Part shown: positions 11,858 to 22,729 of the stretch, in pieces
Layout of the letters: the number at the start of each line of letters is the position of its first letter
Position numbering within the stretch: the first letter of the stretch is position 1
Assembly (NCBI RefSeq): GCF_004010195.1
Contig: NC_057718.1
Location: 92,747,989 to 92,811,988 of the forward strand
From: Chiloscyllium plagiosum
Lineage: Eukaryota
Reading direction: 5' to 3'
Length of the DNA stretch: 64,000 nucleotides
The notes under the pieces: model-generated
What the model was told of the DNA's origin: nothing
Database searches by the model: none
Seen by the model: only the letters and a program-made list of their open reading frames with translations
Program-made: the position numbers and the translations under genes

Positions 11858-12410
11858 CTGGACTGTTGGACTGTTAATCCGGGGACCCTGGTTATGTTCT
11901 GGGGACCCGGATTTGAATCCTGCCAAGGCAAAAGATGCAATTTGAATTCAATTAAAAATCTGGAATTAAGAGTCTAATGATGACCTTGAATCCATTGTCG
12001 ATTGCCAGAAAACCCATCTGGTTCACTAACATCCTTTAGGGAAGGAAACTGCCATCCTTACTTAAAAATCACACAACACCAGGTTATAGTCCAATAGGTT
12101 TAATTGGAAGCACACTAGCTTGCGGAGCGTCGCTCCTTCATCATGTGATAGTGGTGAAGGAGTGACGCTCCGAAAGCTACTGTGCTTCCAATTAAAGCTG
12201 TTGGACTATAACCTGGTGTTGTGTGATTTTTAACTTTGTACACCCCAGTCCAACACCGGCATCTCCAAGCCATCCTTACTGGTCTGGATTACTTGTAACC
12301 CAAACCCACAGCATTGTGGTTGATTCTTAATTGCCCTCTCTGAAATGGGCAATAAATTCTGGCCCAGCCAGCAGCATCCCCATCCCATGAATGAGCTAAT
12401 TTAAAAAAAA
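11858..12410 (+). mobile_element. tRNA-derived SINE (head of the 2755 element plus the LINE 3' tail), with a nested insertion
   Basis: Aligns by eye to 2780-3045, then to the tail at 5640-5690; ends in an A-run. Confidence 0.8.
12063..12268. mobile_element. Inverted pair of Penelope-type terminal repeats, each with a degenerate hammerhead core
   Basis: ~80-bp inverted arms (12063-12141 vs 12153-12232). 12-bp TSD GCCATCCTTACT at 12051-12062 and 12269-12280. Confidence 0.8.
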
Positions 12411-13992
12411 AATCCACAACAGCTCTGTGGTTCAGGTCTTTTCATCAGCAAAGTTTCAGCCCACAACCAATATGTGCAAATATTTCAACTACCCCAATAT
12501 ACTTCAGTGTACAAAGAAAGAGGGCAACCCAATCTTTTGTTAACTCATTTGTAGTACATTTCTAAACAAACCCCAATAAGCTAGTTACACATTTCACATC
12601 TTACCTTGCTTTGGAGGAATCAAATGATGGGTATTAGAGAAACGGTTGAGGCTGATGAATGTAAAAGTCAATACCATAGTCAAGGGTCAAGGTTTTTTTT
12701 GGCAGGGGCTGACAGGAAAGTAGAATTGATGCCATAGTCCGATCAACTATTTTGTTAATGAATGGCCTGTCCTTAGTCCTAAGTCAATGCTTCCCAATGT
12801 GACCCCATTTAAGATTGTAACATTGTCGCAAACGAAGGAGAACTGTAAGGCAGGGCGGGAGTGGGATTGGGAGGGGATGCCTGCTAGAGCGACATTGGAC
12901 GGAGGTCTGTCTTTTAAAGCAAGATGCATCTGTTATAATTCAGTCATGGACTTCCGCCGTGGAGTTCGCCACCAATTCTCCCCACCCACCCCGCCTTGGG
13001 GTCCCGACCTCCACTTTTGGGAAAACCTGTTCTAAGTCCTATGTTGCTATTGAGCTACAGAAAGCGTAACTGTTCCAATGTTAAAGTGTAACCAAACTCC
13101 AACAATTGGTGCATAAGCGCTAAAAGTTCACTTTTAGAAACATGGGGCATTCTGAATACAGAATTGGGAAAAAAAAATACGAGGTGTGGACAATGACCAG
13201 ATCAGCGATTGCAACAGTAGTTGTGATACAGCCAACTTTCCACATCTAACCCTATTCCGCCACATTATGGAACAGGAGAGAACCACATGTATCAAATAAA
13301 GAAACCCCCAGGAACTGACTAGCCCGAAATGTATAGCTCGATCGCCCCCTGTGATTGAAGTGAACCGCTGCAGCTTTTAATTCCAGAATTGTTCTCCCTG
13401 TAAAATTTCCTTCCCTATACAACGAGACAAGCCACAACAGTTTAGGATATTTAATCTGACATGTCTAATGCGTTGTCTACATGCCACACTTAGAACAGGC
13501 AGAACAATTATTTCATTTGAGTAAAACCGTAATTAATCTCCACTAATCTTCAAATTGCCATTTTGAGCAGCTGAAATGGTTCATGATAATGATGGAAATT
13601 GGAAATAGAGGCATGCAAAGAATAGTCTCAAATCGACATTAGTATTAGAGTATTTAAAGCCAGGTCGCTTTTCACTTGCACTCTTTATAAATGCTGTAAT
13701 GCAAAGCAGCGATCTTGTGAAAAGCCGCAATTCACACATACTTGAGAGTGTCGAGAGGCATATATTTCAATGGTTTTAATGGTCATACGTTGGTTAATTT
13801 CATTCTAATCACTGGAGGTTGTAAAACCTAGGGATGTTTCAGCAACAAATGTGCAAGCTTTTTTCTCTCCGTAAAACAATACACGGACGCCACCTCGCGA
13901 CTAATTCGAGAAGTGCCCGAGAGGAAATGTTGAATTATCGTGACAAGATAATGATGAATCCTGTTGAAAGGGCCGAGGTCACCAAGTTTTCG

Positions 13993-14229
13993 TAGAATCA
14001 TGGAGATGTACAGCATGGAAACAGACCCTTCGGTCCAACCTGTCCATGCCGACCAGATATCCCAACCCAATCTAGTCCCACCTACCAGCACCCGGCCCAT
14101 ATCCCTCCAAACCCTGCCTATTCATATACCCATCCAAATGCCTCTTAAATGTTGCAATTGTACCAGCCTCCACCACATCCTCTGGCAGCTCACTCCACAC
14201 ACGTACCACCCTCTGCGTGAAAAAGTTGT
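13993..14229 (-). mobile_element. CR1 (HER1-like) 3' end, 5'-truncated
   Basis: Nearly identical to 59380-59615 and 55935-56080. Encodes the GYGPGAG-type ORF2 C-terminus. Confidence 0.85.
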
Positions 14230-17200
14230 ATTGCGAGAAATAAGCAATCTTAAACTCAGAAAGGCCAACAATTTTTAAAATCTTTTAAAATCTTCAGAAA
14301 GTATCAGGTGGACTAAACTAAAACTTCGAAGTTTCTCAAAATTGTTGCCGTTATTTTGATCATTAAGAACCCGGGGCGCAAAATTTCAAATACCTGTATG
14401 CAGTTTCAATTCAGCAGGGCCATTTGGATCGGAGACTGCCAGGTCCTACAAAATTTAGCAGCAGCACAATTAACGAATAGGTCTACAAATCTTCACAGTT
14501 AAACACGGTTTAAAATTTCTGAGCATTTACTTTGAAGTTGCCGAATGGAGAATCAACATGAGCAATACCTATTTACCTATTCTACTTATGTTTATTTATC
14601 TGTTACTCTTGTAACTTTGCAAATTAATTCGAGAAAAATAATTAATAGTGATGTGCTACACAGTATCACACACACACACCATTAGATAAAGGCCTAAGTA
14701 ACTGACAAGAGGCGCACTTTGTACATTAATTTGTATAATTGTGTATAATTAGGTAATAGTAGTGGAATAGCTTTATTCAACAGCTGAGCAAACGAGATTG
14801 AGTTGTAACAGACATCTGCTTTGCCGGCTCAGATCTGCCAAAAAAAAACCCTTTCGAACCCGGCAATTCCTGAAGCCTGATGAGGGAGAAAATTGAACCA
14901 TTTGAAAGTGCAAACAGGTTGCAACTTTATCAGGAACATTTTCCAATTACAGCATTCACACTTTGATTGCTGCTTGATTCGCAATTTCAGTCTTAGAGCC
15001 TTCGCTTTCACATTTAGCATCACATTTCTACAATAAAGCTCAATTTCTCTCCATGTTTTAAGTGATGGAAATGAATGATGTAAACTTTCTAAGATACTTA
15101 TCAGAGCTGTTGACCTTCGGCTTCAAGGAATAAACCCAAAATAATCCGATAATTTTGTTCTGCAGATGTTGCTTTAAAGCTGGAGGTAAATTATTACGTT
15201 TAAGTCAAGAGCAACATTGAATGCCCTAAACTAGACATCAAGGAAAAACCCATTCTTGCTGCAAATGAAATGTACCAGCGGCCTCTCGTGGTGAAGTTGC
15301 TTATTGCGTTTGTTAAAGTACATTTAAAAGGCTCTTGAACGCACAATAATGATGAAGCTTAACTTCCTTATTAATGGAATATGCAATGAAAAACGAAAGC
15401 TGAGTCTAATTGTGAGCTAATGACAGGTGCTAAAAGAAGATTGTTTCTCTCTACTTGAAAGGATCTTTGTTAGATAGCTGTGAAAAATGTTGATTGAATA
15501 TAAGGAACGATCGGATTCACGCCCACATCAATGTTACCGCACATAGCGCTAGGTGTTGCACGACAACACTGTACGGTGCCGAATAAGGCTATACCAACAA
15601 GAACCTTTGATAACTCAATCGTAACGGCTCCTAACCTCTCAATGGGCAAGATTTCTCTTAAAATGTTGGCCTTTGCAGAGATTGACTGTGTAAAACGAAT
15701 CAAATGCAATCACTCCTTTGTTTGCATTCGGTACTTAGGCAATTATGTGATAATTCACCTTAATAAATGTAACAACAGAATAAACTCCAGGCCCCAGTCA
15801 TCATGCTGTGCAAATATTCTATTTGTTTTACAATAATCAAGCACTTGCAAGTCAGACAAATGGGAGGTTGGAAAACACGCTTGGCAATTAAATGTAAATA
15901 CTTCATATTTTGTATTTACATTCTTCATATTTCTTGCCAGAAGTCTTTTTGCTTAATATATAGTCGTCTCGATTGCTGTAAGACAGAGCTCAAAGTGACC
16001 AATTCCGGAAAAGTAAACCACCTTTGAAAATCGTAATTGCAAACTGTAACTTCCATGCCCTTTCAAAAATTAAAACAAAACTATCCCTTTCTCTTCCTCT
16101 ATTATTGAATATATTTTGTACTAAAACTTTCATGCAATCAGCAACATAACCAGTAAAACTTGCCAATAGAAAGATGCCAAATTTCATGAAGAGTGCGTGT
16201 ATTCCATATAATTTATTATTCACCTCCATTTAACACCTAAAGTACACAAGGGCAAACGTGTCTGCACCTTATATTATGTCGTTATCATGTCGAGTTAGAA
16301 AGTATTAGAATTGCAGTAACGGGTTTATCTAAAGAACGACAATCTGGTAGCATAATACAAACTCTTCAAACCAATAGGAAACACGGTATTGTTCAATGTG
16401 CAAATCCATGAAAGAAATGTGAAAGTTTGCGACGTTTTAACCGAAAACAATCTTTTTTTTAGTTTTGACTGTTCCATAGTTGCCAGTAAGTTTGAATTGG
16501 ATTTGAATGAGAACTTGTTTTTTTTTTAAACGTTTTGGCTTTTTTTGTGAAAAAGAAGCACTCTTGTTCTCAAAGTAACGTTATCTTTATCCTAGGTAAC
16601 GTGAACTGGAAATATAGGGCACAATACTTGCATTGTGTGTTTTCGAAAGTCAACTCAGACGCCTGCGTCCGTAAACGCACACACAAAACAGCCTATTGTT
16701 ACTCCTTCTTGCCACTATCATTACAGGCATCCCCGCACACAGACATTGCTCAGCGAATCCTAGCGCGGCTTTTACAAATTGGTAACAAATTTCGTTGTCA
16801 TATCAAACGATGTTTGTTTTTAATTACTTTTTAAAAAAAAAACCTTGGAATTGTGAGAATCGTAGTGACATTTCCAAATCTGTGTGGGTGTACTACAATT
16901 TTAGATTCGAATATAACATAACCAATAAGGTTCAATGGATCATCAATTAACACAAAAAGACACAGTTTTTATGAGGGATAAAACTAGATTGGGTTCAGCA
17001 TTTTTATTCGATTAAAGAAAAACGATGGCGTTTGTATAGGTGAAAGATTGGGTTAAAATTGTTTGCCAAAGTATAATGAAACTGTTGGTTGGAGTGAGGG
17101 GAATGCATTCTGAACTACATAGAAGCAGAAACAGTTAAAACATGTTTGCACATCTCCCTCCTCTTTGAATTAATGCGACACATTCTGGTCTCTACATAGG

Positions 17201-17427
17201 AGGGGGTGGAGAAAGGATCCCTGTTTATCTGTGAAAGAGGAGTTCCAGAATAGATATAGCACGAATTTTTAATTTGTCTTCCTTTCAGAGACAACAATGC
17301 TGGTTTTGAAAGCTCGACACAATTTGGGTTTTGTGAGGTTGTCATTCTCCATTCGCTGAGTCCAGCTGCACATATGGAATACAGCGTGTAGAACACAGAG
17401 TGACAATGGCACCAACTGACAACAATG

Positions 17428-17451
17428 ACACACACACACACACACACACAC
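17428..17451. repeat. (AC)n microsatellite
   Basis: About 12 AC units, seen directly. Confidence 0.95.
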
Positions 17452-19465
17452 AAAAACGCCTCCATACCTCTCCCTCAGTCTCGGGATGCACAAGTCTCTT
17501 TGAGAATAACTGAATCACACCGATGCCGACTTTGTACCTCGTTAGTATGCACGCCTCTAACATCTCTCACTACCAACCCGCTCCCTTTGTGTTGTTTTGT
17601 CCTCCTACTGTATATTGTCTAAAGATAGACTAACACCAATGTCAATGTGTGAAATTTAGGAGGGGATGGGAGCTGCCCGCAGAGTCTAATGCATTTTATT
17701 GACTTGATGGTTTCCCAAAAAGAGATCCCATCCCTCCCAGTTCCATTAGGTTACAGAAACAACGAAAACTTGCTTTGTTTCCTGTGACATGAATCTGTCT
17801 GTTGAAAATTAAAATGCCCTTTTGGTTTAAGCTTGTTTTAGAGAAAGGAGGAGCTGGATTTTGACCGTTGTCGATTTTCAGAGTGTTATGAATAGTTTTG
17901 TTTTGCGTGGAAAACATCACTGTCCTCGGGATGCTAGCACTAAACAGCACATCTCCAGTTCATTTATTTTTCCCGTGAAATGATCCCTGATTGACTGTTC
18001 CAGCGAAATTGTAACTCCAGGGTCTGTGGTGCGTCGAAAGAGTATGGGGAAGGGTTGCATTTGAAATTAAGAGGCCGACAAGATTTAAAAAAAAATAAAT
18101 ACCCAACTCCCCTCCCGTCCTGGACAGAAGAAGTTGGAAAGGCGATGGCGAGTTGGTGTCCCATAGCCGACGAAGGGCGGGTGGAAAATTCTGTGCACCG
18201 GGCAGTTTCGAGGGGCCGTTTGAACGAACTGTGCTAAATGTAGGCGCGCCAGAGATTGAGAGCCTGCGGAGAGTCCAGTATTTGCTGAAGATGCTGAATT
18301 AAACCTGAAGTTCGCCAATGGGTTCCTCGGGGAAGCCAGCTGAGACCGAGGAGTTTGTTTTGCGTGCTTTGAACCGCTGCAATCTCCCGATAAACCAAAC
18401 AAAAATAAAGTTTTTTTTAAAACAAATGAGCAAAATCCCTAGGCACGCTAACGTACGATAGTTACGAGTTTTTCGTCTCTCTTCCGGTCAAAAGTTGCTC
18501 GAAATTCGAAGAATTTGCAGGGGGTTTGTCGACAACTGGACGAGTAACGTGTAATCTCTCCAATAGACTCGGATTCGTTCACCACAACATTATGTCTGTC
18601 TTCACCAGACACTGATATAACAGTGTGGGAAATGAGACAGATTCAAGAGAGCCTGAATCGCCCGCGCGTTTGCTACATAAACCATTTCCAAGATTTACAT
18701 TAAAAATAAGCTCTGTTGACTCCTTCCAAACCTTTCGACAGCTGGAAGAGCCGTTCAGTTAAGGGGGTTGGGGGGAGGGTTTAGTTTATTTTGTTTTAAG
18801 GAGGCCGGAGTAACCCATCCAAATTAAATAACTCATCTACAAATACAACGAGGCAGGAGAGCGGGCTCTGCAAGTCTCCCCTTACCTGCCGTTCAACAGC
18901 TTGAACAAACGACTGCCCCCCCCCCCCCCCCCCAAGAACATCAAAGTCACCCAATTGAGATTGTGCAGTCGTCAAAAGTCCTTCAGCTGAACCGCGCGCT
19001 CTCTGAAAGTGAGTGCGTTTATGTCACACCGAACAGCGATTCCCCACTCCCCAGCTCAGCTTCTGGGGTGGGGTAAGAGCAAGCGGCCGGACGCAGGGCT
19101 GTCACCATATGCTGTTGCCATCAGGCAGTTTGCAATTTACCTTATATTTTCTGAGGAGGGGGGGAAGAGGAAAAAACAATGAACCCGTTCCCAGTTTCAA
19201 AGAATTGATCGCCCACCCTCTTCTCCCCTTCTCTTTGTCTACCTGCATCAACAAGCAGTTTAACCACTTCAAATCATGACCCACTTTTTTTCCCCCGTAA
19301 AATTCTGTTGGGCAATTAACGAGGGGCAATTAGTGAAACTACATTTCCAAAGACTGTAACGGCAAAGGGTGTTGGTTAGATGCATTCAAGCCGGAGCCCA
19401 AATGTCAACAGCACTGATTTCCCCCAAGAACACAGAGCGCTGAATATTACTAAGAAAAAACGGAT

Positions 19466-19490
19466 TTTATTTCAGACACAACATTTTATT
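19466..19490 (-). terminator. Tandem AATAAA polyadenylation signals, probable end of the NKX2-2 3' UTR (~0.75 kb)
   Basis: TTTATT on + at 19466-19471 and 19485-19490, followed on - by a U-rich tract. Confidence 0.7.
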
Positions 19491-20227
19491 AAAATTCTCA
19501 ATATAAAAAAGAAACTCGGAAAATCGCTCATCAAGGCGCCTTGTTTTCTCTCCCCCCCCCCCCCCTCCTCTGGCGTTATTCACATCATTGGGTTTGAAAG
19601 CAAGAGCCTCCCGAGTGTCTGACACGGTCTGTACTATATACATCGTAACATATTGTCACTCAGCAACGAAGGGAGATCGCTCAACAGGCCACTGCTAGGC
19701 ACCACTAACCCCTGTCACACTTCCAACCACAGCCTGCCTCTCCAGTGGGGTTTTTTTTATATATATAAAAGAGAAACAAACCCACAACTTAAAACGCCGC
19801 GCCTCTTCGTTACAAAGTCCCATAAATATTTCAAGTATCATATAAAAAAATTGGCGAAGATGAGATAAAATGTTCTGCACGTCTTTTTTTTGTTGTTTAA
19901 AAGTGTCATTTCGTTTGCACTCGCTTTGTCTCTTAAACACGAACATAAATGACGGGATTATATTCCTACAACACACGGACATACTTTACAAGTCACAAGA
20001 ACGTTGAATTCGCGGGACTAAAGTTCCGGGTTCATCGTCATTATATATTCTGTAAACAGATAGCAACGAAAAATACCTCAGGTGAACCACAGTTCTGAAT
20101 GTTATGTGCGGCTATGTGTCTGATTCATTCTGTCTCTGTCTCTCTCACACACACATGCACACTCATACGTTATATATATAGAGAGAGATATTATACAGCC
20201 CAGTTAAAGCAGTTCTTGTTCAGTGGT

Positions 20228-20811
20228 TCACCCCCAAGTCCATTGTTGACTCTGCACCAGCGGGTGTGTGTGATACTGGGGGTTACTGGCGGAGCTGAAA
20301 TGGGAGTTATACTGGACGTGTTGGAGTGACTGTGTGGTGTAGGCTGGGAAGGCGATGCTCGTCTGGAAAGTGGCGGCCGCCAAGTCCTGTGTTTTGAGAG
20401 CATTGGTCACCATGCTGGCGTGACAAGGCTTCCCGTCTCTGACCAGGACAGGGACCGCCACCCTCCTCGGCGAGGGCAGGGGGTTGAGGTCCATACCTTT
20501 CTCGGCCCGGGCCCTCTTCATCTTGTACCTGTGGTTCTGGAACCAGATCTTCACCTGGGTGGGAGTCAGGCGGATGAGGCTGGCGAGGTGCTCCCTCTCG
20601 GGGGCGGACAAGTACCGCTGTTGCCTGAAGCGCCTCTCCAGTTCGTAAGTCTGAGCTTTGGAGAACAGAACTCGGCGTTTCCGCTTCTTGCCGGACTCGC
20701 TGCCATTGCTGGAAGTCTCGGTCGCATTGTCTGGCGACTCATCCGCCGAAGGCTCCGAGGATTTACTGGCGGAGTTCTGTTGCTGGGATGCGGCGGGAGA
20801 AATCCCGTGGA
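20228..20811 (-). CDS. NKX2-2: NK2 homeobox 2, coding exon 2 (homeodomain, NK2-specific domain, C-terminus)
   Basis: Acceptor (CT)n-CTGCAG ends at 20812. The phase-1 join gives QYSL|HGI. Homeodomain [58 protein letters not shown] (Tyr54 of the NK2 class), NK2-[20 protein letters not shown], ends QQWTWG-TGA. Total 843 nt = 280 aa + stop. Confidence 0.97.
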
Positions 20812-21079
20812 CTGCAGAGAGAGAGAGAGAGAAATCATTTGCAAACGCACTTTTGGTTTTAATCTCCTCCACGTCAAATCTTACACACCATTTCAGGTTA
20901 TTATTGCACTAATGTAACTTTAGGATCGACTGAAACCAGCTTAATATCTGAACAGAAAACAGGCCACATCGTCCCCGTTAGTATCATCGTGTTTAAAGTT
21001 ACAGACTACTGGGAGAAGATTTTTTTCCACAAAAACTCAGCTCGGTATTGACGGGCTGGAAGGATAATTCAGCACTTAC
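20812..21079 (-). other. NKX2-2: NKX2-2 intron (268 nt, GT-AG, phase 1)
   Basis: GTAAGT donor, CT-repeat polypyrimidine tract and CAG acceptor; splicing restores the reading frame. Confidence 0.95.
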
Positions 21080-21338
21080 GCGAATACTGGATACTCTCGG
21101 TTGTTGCCAACCACCGGGTATACGGATTATCGGTGCTGTCATAAAACGGGTTCTTCAGTGGAAGCCTCTGTACGGTTTCCAGGGGACTTTGGCGAGCGAA
21201 CCCCGAAGTTTTGGCTGTTCCCGCCGCCTCTCTGTCCTCCTCGGTCGCCTCGGCTGTCGATCCATCCTCATCATTGGTGTCAGGTAAGTCCAAAATGTCC
21301 CTGACGGAAAAGCCAGTCTTTGTGTTGGTCAGCGACAT
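21080..21338 (-). CDS. NKX2-2: NK2 homeobox 2, coding exon 1 (86 codons + 1 nt)
   Basis: ATG at 21338 with an in-frame TGA at 21384-21386 upstream. Translates [18 protein letters not shown] (tinman/TN domain)...[25 protein letters not shown]. Ends at donor C|GTAAGT (intron starts 21079). Confidence 0.97.
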
Positions 21339-21388
21339 ATTTTGGCCAAATTTATGCAGGCAAAGTTGCAACAAGCGACACACTCATA

Positions 21389-21404
21389 CACACACACACA
21401 CACA
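21389..21404. repeat. (CA)8 microsatellite in the NKX2-2 5' leader
   Basis: Seen directly, 51-66 nt upstream of the ATG. Confidence 0.95.
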
Positions 21405-21639
21405 AAGCTGTGGGCGAGGCGGATTCGGTGAAATGTTGGCTGAATGGTACCATTTAGTTCAAACCAGTTGGCGTGTGACCTCCGTCTGTCCGCGCACACA
21501 GAACAGCACCATTCTGTAAAAATCACACATAGAAACAAAAGTCCAGCAGAAACCGATCAAAGCTCTCTCTCGGTTCCAATCCCTCGCTCGGCGCTCACTG
21601 TGATGCGGAAGGAATGAGACATGGTGAATCCTGTTCAAG

Positions 21640-22030
21640 TTCTATAAGGTTGGTCAACGGAACGTGAACCTGCAGAGAGACAGAGAGAAAGCATTTTTTT
21701 TAACCAACAAATATAAAAAAAAGAGTGCCAAAGGTTGAACACGTGTGGGCGGGTCTTGGGAGTCAAGTGGATGAAGACTATGTGAAATTGTGGGGGGATT
21801 TTGGAGAAGGGTGGGGGGTGGGGGTGGGGGGTGATGGAAGGAGGAGGTGGTAGAGATAACTGAGTCTTCACTATTGGTGCTCCAAGCTCCGATGAGTAGG
21901 CTAACGTGCCAATTAATTACAAAGATCGGAAGGACTCCCTTTTTTTTAAATATTTAAGGCTCGATTTGCATACAAAGAACCTCCAAGTAGCTTAATACTG
22001 CGCGTACTTGAAAACGCTATTTAACAAATT
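21640..22030 (-). promoter_or_regulatory. NKX2-2 proximal promoter region
   Basis: TATA-like TATAGAA (~21640-21646, -), E-box CACGTG (21740-21745), GC box GGGCGG, NK2-type TCAAGTG site, and an octamer+Sox composite at 21964-21977, directly upstream of exon 1. Confidence 0.65.
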
Positions 22031-22729
22031 GCTCCAGAAAGTGCTTTGCATTTATTCCCGGCTTTTCACAGTAACGCCGGAAAAAGAGTTCTGTCTCTCC
22101 GCCAGAGAGAGAGAGAGAGAACTGTGAGTGCTGTGAGATTCCAGCGATTTGAGTCTAATCGCAGGTATATTCTGTAAATGTGGCAACATTGCCACTTGGA
22201 TGACAGGAAGGCGAATTTGGGAATGGGGAACGAGATTGTGGTTCCAATCTACAAGAGAGGAGAACTTTTCCTTTTGTTACCTCGCCAGTTCATCATTCTC
22301 CCTTGGAGCCCACCTCCAAAAATAAAACGAAGAGAGGATGGGAGGGGGTTGGTTTGTTTTCGTCAAAGTCTCGATTAGATTATCGCTCAACTTGTTTAAT
22401 GTCATGCAAAGAGACCATTAAACAAGATGGAGCCCCATTCTATTCACTCCAGCCCCAGCACATACGAATCCTGACCCAAAGGACAAAAAAAAAGTACCTC
22501 ACTGAAGGCGGATTGGATCAGGTCTTAATTTCTCCGCAACTTTCTCAAGATCGTTAAAACAAAACAAATGCCCAGGGGAACTTGCGGGCATTTTTGTCTT
22601 ATATAAAGGGCATCTCCCCCACCCCCTGCTAGAAATCCCAACTCAATAACCGTGCGGAGCTGCGGTGAGACAAGGCAAACGATTTATAAGAGTTGATCAG
22701 TTGATTTCTCTCTCTCTCTCTCTCTCTCT

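Noticed and set aside
18916..18933. Poly-C runs (also 19553, 27358, 29445, 30282, 31226) as G-quadruplex elements
   Set aside because: Simple homopolymers of unreliable length with no supporting pattern.
20812..20872. N-terminal extension [10 protein letters not shown]... of ORF 20228-20872
   Set aside because: Intronic read-through upstream of the exon 2 acceptor; the true N-terminus comes from exon 1.
20420..20917. 165-aa plus-strand ORF antisense to exon 2 (and alternate-frame ORF 20566-20877)
   Set aside because: Shadow ORFs of GC-rich coding sequence with no recognisable domain.
21339..21383. Longer N-terminus of ORF 21069-21383
   Set aside because: Starts at a GTG codon; the typical NKX2-2 start is MSLTNTK at 21338.
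22565..22610. Inverted repeat plus plus-strand TATATAAA as a divergent promoter
   Set aside because: Short motif only; no downstream exon signal I can support.
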